Below, piece after piece: positions 29,111 to 38,644 of a stretch of DNA of 64,000 nt. The stretch is from positions 102,263 through 166,262 of the forward strand of contig CAZGHS010000001.1 of the NCBI GenBank assembly GCA_964525495.1, read 5' to 3'. Made by a program: the position numbers and the translations under genes. Origin of the DNA: an uncultured Gammaproteobacteria bacterium. GTDB lineage: Bacteria > Patescibacteriota > Microgenomatia > JALYQM01. The first letter of the stretch is position 1. Each line of letters opens with the position of its first letter. Below the pieces are notes generated by a model, which was not told the DNA's origin, searched no databases, and was given only the letters and a program-made list of their open reading frames with translations.

Positions 29111-29788
29111 TTAATGACCACAATTGCCTCCACAGCCACAACCTTCACCTCCACACGCACAGCCTTCTTCAGTTTCATCACACCCACATCCAACAACAAT
29201 TTCCCAATTCTCTTCTACCTTTTTCCAATCCAAATTCTTCAAAAATGCTTCAATATACTTTGCGCGAGCTGCACCATGATCAATAAAATAAGCATGCTCA
29301 TATGTATCTAAAGCCAAAACAGGAGTCGCGTTCCATACAGGGAATGTATTCTGCGCATCGCCCAGATAGTTAAACAAATATCCATAATCATGATCATACG
29401 CAAGCCATACCCAGCCTCGCGCACCAATAGCAGTCGCTTTCAAATCCTTTTCCCAGTTCTCAAATGAACCAAAGTCTTTAACAATCTGGTCCAACAGTCC
29501 ACCTTCTGGTCGACCACCAGCTCCACCTAAATGACTGAAATAAATCTCATGATTCTTAACGCCGCCGATTGCAAACGTAAGCTCCATTTTCAATTCACGG
29601 ATCAACGAATAAACCTGATTTGCAGCTGCATAATCCTCATCTGTCAAAGCCTTCAATTTCTGAGTTATCTCATTATATTTCTTTACATAGCCTTCATACA
29701 GTTTGTAATGTTCGGTCATAGTCTTTTCGCTAATACCGTCCATTTTCAAACTTTCTTCGCGCAATTTCATTGGTTCCAGCGTTTTCAT
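29111..29788 (-). CDS. Fe/Mn superoxide dismutase with C-terminal Cys/Gly-rich tail
   Basis: Start trimmed to MKTLEP (ggagga SD) from ORF 29111..29914; conserved LEP, GG..NH, and D-x-x-EHAYF-x-DH metal ligand region; 25-aa tail CGCDETEEGCACGGEGCGCGGNCGH. Confidence 0.8.
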   Translation of the reverse strand: MKTLEPMKLREESLKMDGISEKTMTEHYKLYEGYVKKYNEITQKLKALTDEDYAAANQVYSLIRELKMELTFAIGGVKNHEIYFSHLGGAGGRPEGGLLDQIVKDFGSFENWEKDLKATAIGARGWVWLAYDHDYGYLFNYLGDAQNTFPVWNATPVLALDTYEHAYFIDHGAARAKYIEAFLKNLDWKKVEENWEIVVGCGCDETEEGCACGGEGCGCGGNCGH

Positions 29789-29902
29789 AAATGCTCCTCC
29801 AGTAACAACATTTGTTATTATCATAATAACAAATTTGACGGCAAACTTGCAACAAGGGCTGTCGTATTGAACAATGTGAAGAAAAAACTTATAGTAGATA
29901 CA

Positions 29903-32900
29903 ATGAAGAAACATTGCCTAAAATACACACATGAACCAATCAAAAAAGTAACATTTGCACTAAAAAAAATCGCTAACTTTTTGTTTAAAAAACAGATGGT
30001 AATTTCCCGAATACGATTTAATTTGTTTGGTGCAGTAATGTTATCGATTGGAGCAATAATCGGCTCATATGTAACTGTTACAAAAATATTAATCCCATTT
30101 GCATTTGCTTCAGACTCTACACAATCCTGGAATTTTTCCACAAGTGGTGACTATACCCTCTCTGACACATCATTAGCCGAAGTAGCAGGATCTAGTGCAA
30201 AACTAAAAGTACAAAATTATTCTGATGCAGCAAACACTGCAGCTCTTTTTCACTTTGATGAGTCCTCCGGAAACCCCACTGATTCATCGAGCAACGCCAA
30301 CGCAGCAACAGCCAGCAATCTAACTTTTGCTACAGGAAACTTTAACAATGCGGCAGATTTTAACGGATCGACATCAAGCGTATCGGTTGCCGATTCAGCT
30401 TCACTTTCACTAAGCTCGTCAAATACTGTTGAGGCTTGGACAAAGTTTGATTCTTCTTTTTCGGCAGGCAGTCACTCACAGCGCCAAGGTGTAGTCGACA
30501 AAGGCCAATACCAACTTTACTACGACAATGAAACAGGTAAATTAACCTATGAATTAGCTAATTCATCTGCAACATCCTGGACCCAAGTAGCTGGAAATGA
30601 TGTCAATGGAAGCTGGGATCTCGATGGTCAGTTAGCAGCGCATGCAATGACTTCAGTTGGGACAGATTTGTATGTAGGGCTAGGAAATGCTACTGGTGAT
30701 GCTGAAGTCTGGCGCAGAAGTGGTTCGACTTGGACTAAGGTGGGTGGAGATGGACTTAACTCTGGCTGGGCGTCTTTGACTTTTGAAAGCGTGCTATCCC
30801 TGGCCAGCGATGGAACAGATGTCTATGCAGGTTTGGGTATAACTGCGGGTGACGCTGAGGTCTGGAAATATGATGTATCCGAAGGAACGTGGAGTAAAAT
30901 CGGTGGCGACGCAGTTAACTCATCTTGGGCGGTTAATACATATGAAGGTGTGTACTCACTCGTCTGGCAAGGATCGACCCTCTATGCTGGGCTTGGACTA
31001 ACTGCTAACGATGCAGAAGTGTGGTCGTGGAATGGTAGTGCTTGGACCAAGATTGGTGGCGACAGCACCAACTCTGGTTGGACTACTAATTTTGAATATG
31101 CTTACAGTATGGTGCACGATGGCACATACTTATACGCAGCTTTGGGCGCGACGGCTGGAGATGCTGAAATCTGGAGATGGAATGGAACTGCTTGGACACG
31201 AATCGGCGGAGACGCAATTAATTCTAGTTGGGCAGATGCGACGTATGAATTTGGACTAAGTATGACGTATGTTGGAGGCATCCTGTACGCTGGACTGGGG
31301 ACGACGGCTAACGAGGCAGAAGTGTGGTCATGGAATGGTTCTGCTTGGACACAGGTCGGTGGAGATAGTTTGAACTCTGGCTGGACTACTAATTATGAAG
31401 GTGTCTACACGCTTAAGAATGACGGTACAGATGTGTACGCTGGTTTGGGTGCTTCTGGAGGAGACAATGAGGTATGGAAACTCACTGTAGGGACCACTAC
31501 TTGGAGCAAAATTGGTGGAGATGGCACAAACTCCAGCTTTACCAGTACTACTCATACTATCGTTGACACCATGCATTTTATTGGCACGACTCTGTATGCA
31601 GGTATTACCTCAGGAAATGCTGGGCGCACCGGCGAAGTATGGAGCTTTGCCAGCGGCAGTTGGACGCAAATTGGCGGTGACTATATCAATTCGAGCTGGG
31701 GATTTAGAGGATTGCAGGCTGCTAATGTCATGACAGTTTCTGGTTCTTATTTGTATGCAGGTACTGGTACAACTGGCAGTGCTGGTAACGCCTTAGTTTG
31801 GAGATATGATGGAAGTACTTGGACCTTGATTGGAGGACAAGGCATAAATAGCAGCTGGACAGCCAATACGTACGAGGATGTGCTCTCAATGATCAGTCAT
31901 AATGGCACACTGTATGTTGGTCTTGGCTCTTCGGCTAATGAAGCTGAAGTATGGTCGTGGAACGGTAGTGCTTGGACACAAATTGGCGGCGATAATTTGA
32001 ATTCCGGATGGACGACTAACTATGAAGAAGTAAATACATTGGCGACCGATGGAACCTATCTGTATGCTGGACTTGGATTGAGTGCCAATGATGCTGAAGT
32101 CTGGCGTTGGAATGGTACTATATGGGGGAAAATTGGTGGAGATAGTACAAACTCTGGATGGACTACTGGCTTTGACCGAATTACATCAATGGCCATGTAT
32201 GCGGGTCAGTTATATGTTGGACTTGGTTTGACCGCAGGAGAAGCAGAAGTCTGGACTTGGAATGGATCTATTTGGGCGAAGATCGGCGGAGATACGGTGG
32301 GTTCCAGCTGGGATTCAAGCAATTTTGAGCATGTCGACAGCATGATCCCTCTGAATGGTGTGCTGTATGCTGGTCTTGGAACTGGCACGGGAGATGCTGA
32401 GGTTTGGTCATACAATGGAAGTACCTGGACTCAGATTGGTGGAGATGATTTAAATTCTGGATGGACATCGGGAACTTACGAGCGCGTCAGAACTCTTGTT
32501 GCTTACAACGGCGATCTCTACGCAGGCATTGGAAACGGCACCGGTGAAGGTGAGGTCTGGAGATACCGAAGTGGAACTTGGTCTCAGATTGGTGGAGACA
32601 GCTTAAACTCAGGATGGGATAACATTGTTGAAGAAGTTCAGAGTTTTAGTGTGTATCAAGGAAAACTGTACGCAGGATTGGGCAATACACAAAATGTTGA
32701 TGCAGCAATCTGGTCCTATGGGAATAATGCGTACATGCAATCAAGCACCGCTTCTCAAAATACAAGCTGGCACCATGTTGCAGCTACTTATAACGGATCG
32801 ACCATGAAAATCTTTATTGACGGAGTTCAAGACAACTCGACAAGTGCCTCAGTCACCATTCCGGACACTGCGCATAGTTTGCTGCTTGGCACTACCTATG

Positions 32901-35821
32901 CCAGCCGAGAATCCGGTAAGGCACAAGGCTATTTCCAAGGACTGATTGATGAACTTCGCCTTTCTGACACAGCACGAACTACATTTACGACTTCTCCTTA
33001 TACTGCAGCAGCTCAAACTGTCCAACCAACGGCCGCAGTTTTTACTTCAGGAGTTGAAAACTTTGATGACTTTACCGTGTCAGAAACTACCAATGGTGGA
33101 TCAATAAATTATAGATTATCCATTGATGGCGGCACTACTTGGAAATATTATAGTGGAGGTACTTGGACAACATCAGCTTCAACGGCGCAAGTAAATGATG
33201 CAAGCACCATCGATACAAATATTAGTACACTGACTGCAGGCTCAGGAGGTATTCTGTGGCAAGCGGTACTAGATGGTGATGGCACGCAACAAGTTACGCT
33301 CAATAGCGTTTCAATTGGCGCAGTGCATGACTCTACTGTTCCCGTTGCACCTGATACATTAACGTCTTTATCTGCATTAGCCGGTTCAGCCATTACTACA
33401 AATACATGGTATACGCATAGTGGTCCTTATTTCTCATGGAGTGGCGCGACCGACACTGACGGCTCTGGTATTTGGGGATATTATGTTTATTTTGGCACTG
33501 ACAATACAGCAGATCCACAAACAGCAGGAAATTTTCAAGTTGCATCAACATTTACTGCATCAAGTTTATCCAGCGGATCTACCTATTATTTGAGAATCCG
33601 AGCTCGTGATAATGCACAGAATGTGAGCTCTATCTGGTCTGCCTTCACATACAAGTTTGATAGCACTGCTCCAACAAATCCTGCATCGATTACGATAAGT
33701 CCTGCCGGATACTCGGCAACTAATGATTTTACCTTTTCTTGGCCAGCAGGAACTGACGGTTCGTCTGGAATTGCAGGCTATCAATACAAAACTGCAACTG
33801 CGTCAGGATCGCTATCTGACTGGTCGTCAACGACAGCATCAACCAGCATTAATATTCCGAATGCTGCATATCAAACTGATGCAAATACTTTTTATCTAAG
33901 AACGATTGATACTTCGGGTAATATTAGCTCCGAAACTACTGCAACCTACTACTTTGGCGGCGAAGGTCCTTCTCTACCTCAGTTCTTAGCGGTTACACCC
34001 TCTTCAAGTACCACTAACTCATTTGCATTCTCCTGGGATCCTCCTATTACCTTCTCTGGGGATGAAGATGAATTAACCTATTGTTATACAGTCAATACCT
34101 TGCCGACACTTAACTCGTGTACATTTACCAGCGAAGGCGCGACATCACTTTCTGCAAGTTCGTTTGCTACTCAAGTCGGACTTAATACATTTTACTTGGT
34201 GGCAAAAAACCCTGCAACGGCAGGCGGCTCTATTAACTATGGCTCCTATACAAGCGTTACCTTTACTGCCGATACCTCGGCACCTGGAATTCCACAGAAT
34301 CTAGATATTGGAGATATCTCAATTAAAAGTTCTGAAACATGGCGACTAGCGCTATCTTGGAATGCACCTAGCGATACAGGATCAGGTATTTCAAGTTACA
34401 AAATACATAGATCGACAGATGATTCAACCTATTCTTTAATCTCCTCGACAACAGGCCTGTCTTACGTAGATACTGACTTAGAGGAAGAAGAATATTATTA
34501 TAAGATTAAAGCCTGCGATAGCGTTGATAACTGTGGCGCGTTTTCAAGTTCAGTCTCATTGGTACCAACTGGCAAGTATACCGAAGCTGCTGGATTATCT
34601 TCTGGTCCAACGGTTTCAGCTATTACTACCAAGAAAGCGGTGATAAGTTGGGTCACAGATCGCGATTCTGACTCAAAAATTGCATATGGTACAACCTCAG
34701 GATCATACTTCACTTCTGAACCATCAAATTCAACTCAAACAGACGATCACTCAATTACTTTATCTGAACTAACTCCTGGAACAACCTACTACTACAAAGC
34801 TAAATGGACAGACGAAGACGGTAATACAGGAATATCCTCCGAAAAAACATTCGCTACTGACTCAGCACCAACAGTAACTGATCCCAAACTAAAGCGAGCA
34901 GGTTTGACCGACGTAGACTTAGAGTTTAAATTGAAAGGCTCATCAAAAGTGAAAGTGTACTATGGAATCACAACTGCGTTTGGAGGTGTAAAGGAATTAG
35001 CTACCTCTACGTCAGAATCCACCTACACCTTGAATATTGATACTCTTCTATATGGTACTAAGTATTTTTATAAGATTAACGGATTTGATAACGAAGATAA
35101 TGAATACGAAGGAAGTACATTAAGTTTTGAAACACTTCCCCGCCCTAAGATTGCAAATGTACGTATTCAAGAAGTCCGGGGAACCGCCCAAACGACTGCG
35201 CTAATTACCTGGACTACCAATACTGAAACATCCTCAATAGTTACCTATTATCCAAGTGATGATGCAGGCGCCGCTCGAGACGAAGTTAATGTCACCCTAG
35301 TGAAGCAACACCGAGTGGTATTGCGTAATCTGCTACCAAAGCGCGACTATAGCCTAGTAGTAAAAGGACGAGATAAATCTGGAAACGAAGCTGCATCCGA
35401 ACCTCAAAAATTCACAACAGCAACAGATACTCGCCCACCACAGATCCAAGATATGCGCGTCGAAGGCAGCACTCAAGCAGTTCGTGGTGGAAGCTCTCAA
35501 GAACAAACTGCACAATTAGTTGTATCATGGAATACGGATGAGAATTCAACCTCACAGGTCGAGTTCGGTGAAGGCACGGGTACCACATATAGCCAGAAAT
35601 CTCAGGAAGATACGAACCTTACTACAAATCACGTTATAGTTATATCTGGGCTAACTCCATCACGTGTCTATCATCTTCGTGCCCTATCTAAAGACTCAGT
35701 GGGAAATGCGGGAAGCTCCGTTGATACAGTTACTATTACACCAAAGGCGTCAGACAGTGCACTAGATCTAGTTATAACAAATTTACAAGGAATCTTTGGA
35801 TTTATTAATGCACCAAGGTAA
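29903..35821 (+). CDS. giant cell-surface protein: N-terminal signal-anchor, LamG-like domain interrupted by about 13.5 W/G-rich 52-aa repeats, then multiple fibronectin-III-like domains
   Basis: ORF 29531..35821 trimmed to first Met downstream of the divergent SOD gene (alt. start 29996); TM LFGAVMLSIGAIIGSYVTV; LamG_3-like halves (LFHFDESSG...TVEAW and SWHHVAATYNGSTMKIFIDG...GLIDELRLS) flank the repeat array; FN3/PKD-like modules with SW...G...Y.Y motifs in the C-terminal 900 aa. Confidence 0.85.
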   Translation: MKKHCLKYTHEPIKKVTFALKKIANFLFKKQMVISRIRFNLFGAVMLSIGAIIGSYVTVTKILIPFAFASDSTQSWNFSTSGDYTLSDTSLAEVAGSSAKLKVQNYSDAANTAALFHFDESSGNPTDSSSNANAATASNLTFATGNFNNAADFNGSTSSVSVADSASLSLSSSNTVEAWTKFDSSFSAGSHSQRQGVVDKGQYQLYYDNETGKLTYELANSSATSWTQVAGNDVNGSWDLDGQLAAHAMTSVGTDLYVGLGNATGDAEVWRRSGSTWTKVGGDGLNSGWASLTFESVLSLASDGTDVYAGLGITAGDAEVWKYDVSEGTWSKIGGDAVNSSWAVNTYEGVYSLVWQGSTLYAGLGLTANDAEVWSWNGSAWTKIGGDSTNSGWTTNFEYAYSMVHDGTYLYAALGATAGDAEIWRWNGTAWTRIGGDAINSSWADATYEFGLSMTYVGGILYAGLGTTANEAEVWSWNGSAWTQVGGDSLNSGWTTNYEGVYTLKNDGTDVYAGLGASGGDNEVWKLTVGTTTWSKIGGDGTNSSFTSTTHTIVDTMHFIGTTLYAGITSGNAGRTGEVWSFASGSWTQIGGDYINSSWGFRGLQAANVMTVSGSYLYAGTGTTGSAGNALVWRYDGSTWTLIGGQGINSSWTANTYEDVLSMISHNGTLYVGLGSSANEAEVWSWNGSAWTQIGGDNLNSGWTTNYEEVNTLATDGTYLYAGLGLSANDAEVWRWNGTIWGKIGGDSTNSGWTTGFDRITSMAMYAGQLYVGLGLTAGEAEVWTWNGSIWAKIGGDTVGSSWDSSNFEHVDSMIPLNGVLYAGLGTGTGDAEVWSYNGSTWTQIGGDDLNSGWTSGTYERVRTLVAYNGDLYAGIGNGTGEGEVWRYRSGTWSQIGGDSLNSGWDNIVEEVQSFSVYQGKLYAGLGNTQNVDAAIWSYGNNAYMQSSTASQNTSWHHVAATYNGSTMKIFIDGVQDNSTSASVTIPDTAHSLLLGTTYASRESGKAQGYFQGLIDELRLSDTARTTFTTSPYTAAAQTVQPTAAVFTSGVENFDDFTVSETTNGGSINYRLSIDGGTTWKYYSGGTWTTSASTAQVNDASTIDTNISTLTAGSGGILWQAVLDGDGTQQVTLNSVSIGAVHDSTVPVAPDTLTSLSALAGSAITTNTWYTHSGPYFSWSGATDTDGSGIWGYYVYFGTDNTADPQTAGNFQVASTFTASSLSSGSTYYLRIRARDNAQNVSSIWSAFTYKFDSTAPTNPASITISPAGYSATNDFTFSWPAGTDGSSGIAGYQYKTATASGSLSDWSSTTASTSINIPNAAYQTDANTFYLRTIDTSGNISSETTATYYFGGEGPSLPQFLAVTPSSSTTNSFAFSWDPPITFSGDEDELTYCYTVNTLPTLNSCTFTSEGATSLSASSFATQVGLNTFYLVAKNPATAGGSINYGSYTSVTFTADTSAPGIPQNLDIGDISIKSSETWRLALSWNAPSDTGSGISSYKIHRSTDDSTYSLISSTTGLSYVDTDLEEEEYYYKIKACDSVDNCGAFSSSVSLVPTGKYTEAAGLSSGPTVSAITTKKAVISWVTDRDSDSKIAYGTTSGSYFTSEPSNSTQTDDHSITLSELTPGTTYYYKAKWTDEDGNTGISSEKTFATDSAPTVTDPKLKRAGLTDVDLEFKLKGSSKVKVYYGITTAFGGVKELATSTSESTYTLNIDTLLYGTKYFYKINGFDNEDNEYEGSTLSFETLPRPKIANVRIQEVRGTAQTTALITWTTNTETSSIVTYYPSDDAGAARDEVNVTLVKQHRVVLRNLLPKRDYSLVVKGRDKSGNEAASEPQKFTTATDTRPPQIQDMRVEGSTQAVRGGSSQEQTAQLVVSWNTDENSTSQVEFGEGTGTTYSQKSQEDTNLTTNHVIVISGLTPSRVYHLRALSKDSVGNAGSSVDTVTITPKASDSALDLVITNLQGIFGFINAPR
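30640..32720 (+). repeat. in-frame tandem repeat array, 156-bp period, about 13.5 copies (consensus ...LYAGLGxTAxDAEVWSWNGSAWTxIGGDxxNSGWTTNYExVxS...DGT)
   Basis: visible at DNA and protein level; several copies nearly identical (e.g. around 31010, 31320, 31945). Confidence 0.8.
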
Positions 35822-35832
35822 TTAAAAATTGT

Positions 35833-36609
35833 ATGGATAGTATCATTCAGGTATCACATATTGCGAAATCGTTTCACCTTGGAGTACAGGAGCTTCCTGT
35901 CCTAAAAGATATATCTTTCGAAGTAGAGCGTGGAGATTTTACGCTTATTCTCGGACCCTCAGGTTGTGGAAAATCTACATTGCTCCATACAATTTTAGGA
36001 CTAGAACCACCTTCAACTGGCGATGTGTTCATACTAGGTACAAATCTATATCAAGAACACCCCACAGAAGACGACCGATCTATATTTCGTAAAAAACATA
36101 TTGGAATGGTCTATCAGCAACCAAACTGGATTAAATCATTAAACGTCATGGAAAACGTAGCGTTCCCGTTAGCTCTTGTTGGCATGAATAAAATTGAAAG
36201 CGCTAAAAAAGCATGGGAATTACTGAGTATAGTAGGTATGCAAAATTGGTTAAACCATAAACCAACCGAACTATCTGGAGGACAACAACAACGTGTGGCA
36301 CTTGCCCGCGCCCTGATTAATGACGCCGAGATTATTATTGCAGACGAACCTACAGGTAATCTTGATTACGAATCTGGTCAGCATCTCATGACCATGCTGG
36401 CAGATTTATCAAAAAAAGGAAAAACAATTATCATGGTTACCCACGATCTTGAATACACCAAATTTGCACGAAGCGCAGTCCGTATGTTAGACGGCAAGGT
36501 TGTAGACGTAGTCAGTGGCGATGCGAAATTGAAGTTAGACAGCGAAGTACACGGTAAAAGAGGAACAGATACTCTAGAACCCGTTAAGAAAATCGAGGTG
36601 TCAGGATGA
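35833..36609 (+). CDS. ABC transporter ATP-binding protein (MacB/LolD/FtsE-type)
   Basis: 258 aa; Walker [10 protein letters not shown], signature [15 protein letters not shown], Walker [13 protein letters not shown]; starts 12 nt after giant-protein stop. Confidence 0.9.
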   Translation: MDSIIQVSHIAKSFHLGVQELPVLKDISFEVERGDFTLILGPSGCGKSTLLHTILGLEPPSTGDVFILGTNLYQEHPTEDDRSIFRKKHIGMVYQQPNWIKSLNVMENVAFPLALVGMNKIESAKKAWELLSIVGMQNWLNHKPTELSGGQQQRVALARALINDAEIIIADEPTGNLDYESGQHLMTMLADLSKKGKTIIMVTHDLEYTKFARSAVRMLDGKVVDVVSGDAKLKLDSEVHGKRGTDTLEPVKKIEVSG

Positions 36610-38642
36610 GAATTCTATCATTTCTAAAAAAAACAGGACTCATTGTTCTTAACCTTTTGACGTTTCAGTTTCTTCTAGCAGCGTATCTCCTAAATTCATT
36701 GCTTGTCGTAAACATTCTCCGTATGCCATTCCTACCCAAAAAACTTATTGCTCTAATCGAGCGAATTATCGGTCGGTCATACGATCAAGCAATTAAATTG
36801 TTTGACCGACCAGGTAAGGGAACCATTATGCGCTCTGATTTAATTGAATTAGCAATTCGCAACATGCGTTCAAAAATTACTCGCTCCATTATTACAATAA
36901 GCGGCATGTCGATCGGAATTGGTGCAATAGTTTTTCTAGTATCAATAGGATATGGGATTCAAAACTTGGTAACTACACGCGTTGCACGTCTTGATGAAAT
37001 GCAGCAAGCAGATATCGTTCCACAACCAGGTGGAAAAGTCCAAATTAATGACAAAACCATCTCTGATCTCGAAGCATTACCTAATACAAAACTTGTTCTC
37101 CCACAAATATCAGCCGTAGGAAAAATAACTTTTAATAATGCTGTTTCAGATATGGCAGTCTATGGGGTAACCGCTAGCTATCTCAAACAATCAGCAGTAC
37201 AACCAGTTGAAGGTAAGATATTTGAAAGCAACGATCTAGTTTCTGCGGTATCAACGTTGCCAGACAACAAAGATATAAAAGAATCAAGCGCAAGTGGAGT
37301 TCTCGGAGATTCAATACGAAAAGTCTCGTTTCAAGTATATCCAGATGTATGGGTAAAAATCCGCGAAAAACCAACAAGCACATCACGAATACTTGGCTAT
37401 GCTCGAAGATCAGAGGAAATAACTTACGGCAGTGAGGTCTGGGGCGATTATTACCCTGACGACACATCTCCTAATACAGATGATAATGGAAACAAACTAA
37501 GTAGATGGATATCCGCTGAAATAGAGATCTGGGACAACAAAGCCTGCAGTGATACTGAAACTGGATGTGTTGATGGAAAATATTTAAAACGGGTTGATAC
37601 AGATGGCTTTGGAAAACGCGTTGCAGGATACGTTGCATCCACTTTTTTAGCAGTTTCAGAACCGAATCCAGATGATCCTGCTGTTTTAGGTGTGACCTTT
37701 TCTGAAGTACTTGCCGAGTCTACTGGATCAGGTAGTCTCACGGAAACGCAAGAATCAACGGCATCCGGAGATGCTGCCATCATGGCTCAATTAGCATCAG
37801 AATCTGGAATACTATCAGAAAAACCAGTTAAAAAGATTGCTCTTTCATCTTCTTCGGTAAAAGAAGCCGTTGTTAATTATGCAATGTTAAAAGTCCTAGG
37901 ACTAAAGGAATCCGAAGCAGTAGGTAAAACATTTGACGCATCTTTTGTCTTAACAGGCAACCAGCTTGACGGTAAAGATGATAAGGCAGAATCAGTGCCC
38001 GCTCCCTATAAAATAGTCGGTGTTATCCCTGATGATAAAACGCCATACTTCTACGTACCATTCGTAGATCTTCGTAATCTAGGTGTAATCAATTATTCAC
38101 AGATAAAACTTGTTGCTAAAACTCAGGAAGATCTTCCTAAGCTACGCAAACAAATAGAAGGGTTGGGATATGGTACGCAATCGGTCGTGGATACAGTTGC
38201 CCAGATTAACAGTATATTCGGTACAGCACGAACTATTTTAGCGTTACTTGGAATGGTTGCACTTTCAATTGCGTCGCTTGGCATGTTTAATACATTAACC
38301 GTATCTCTCCTTGAACGTACACGAGAAGTTGGACTCATGAAAGCAATGGGAATGAGATCATCCGAAGTTCGAGAACTATTTCTTACGGAATCAATGATGA
38401 TGGGTATTTTTGGAGGATTATTTGGACTATTAACTGGCTATGTTGCAGGTGAAGGTTTAGGAGTTATTTTGAGTCTTATAGGATTATCAAAAGGAGCAGG
38501 ATATCTAGATATTGCCTATATCCCTCCATTCTTTATAACAATAATTGTTGTGCTCTCACTAGTAGTAGGAATTGCAACAGGAATTTACCCTGCACGTCGA
38601 GCTACAAAAATATCTGCGCTAAACGCATTACGATACGAATAA
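36606..38642 (+). CDS. ABC transporter permease, MacB/FtsX-like with large extracytoplasmic domain
   Basis: 678 aa; ATGA start/stop overlap with ATPase gene; MacB-type N-terminus (LIELAIRNMRSKITRSIITISGMSIGIGAIV), about 400-aa periplasmic insert, C-terminal FtsX 3-TM module; possible extra N-terminal TM if 36606 start is real (alt. start 36831). Confidence 0.85.
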   Translation: MRILSFLKKTGLIVLNLLTFQFLLAAYLLNSLLVVNILRMPFLPKKLIALIERIIGRSYDQAIKLFDRPGKGTIMRSDLIELAIRNMRSKITRSIITISGMSIGIGAIVFLVSIGYGIQNLVTTRVARLDEMQQADIVPQPGGKVQINDKTISDLEALPNTKLVLPQISAVGKITFNNAVSDMAVYGVTASYLKQSAVQPVEGKIFESNDLVSAVSTLPDNKDIKESSASGVLGDSIRKVSFQVYPDVWVKIREKPTSTSRILGYARRSEEITYGSEVWGDYYPDDTSPNTDDNGNKLSRWISAEIEIWDNKACSDTETGCVDGKYLKRVDTDGFGKRVAGYVASTFLAVSEPNPDDPAVLGVTFSEVLAESTGSGSLTETQESTASGDAAIMAQLASESGILSEKPVKKIALSSSSVKEAVVNYAMLKVLGLKESEAVGKTFDASFVLTGNQLDGKDDKAESVPAPYKIVGVIPDDKTPYFYVPFVDLRNLGVINYSQIKLVAKTQEDLPKLRKQIEGLGYGTQSVVDTVAQINSIFGTARTILALLGMVALSIASLGMFNTLTVSLLERTREVGLMKAMGMRSSEVRELFLTESMMMGIFGGLFGLLTGYVAGEGLGVILSLIGLSKGAGYLDIAYIPPFFITIIVVLSLVVGIATGIYPARRATKISALNALRYE

Positions 38643-38644
38643 GA

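Noticed and set aside
29531-29902. N-terminal 124 codons of the giant ORF as called (start 29531)
   Set aside because: This segment overlaps the well-supported divergent SOD gene (start 29788 with a GGAGGA SD) and contains no signal or TM sequence. The first Met after the SOD start (29903) is followed by a basic N-region and a TM helix, which is a much better start.
30640-32720. Possible CRISPR array because of regularly spaced repeats
   Set aside because: The repeats are 156-bp, in frame and protein-coding, with no short repeat/spacer architecture and no cas genes. No CRISPR is present in the window.
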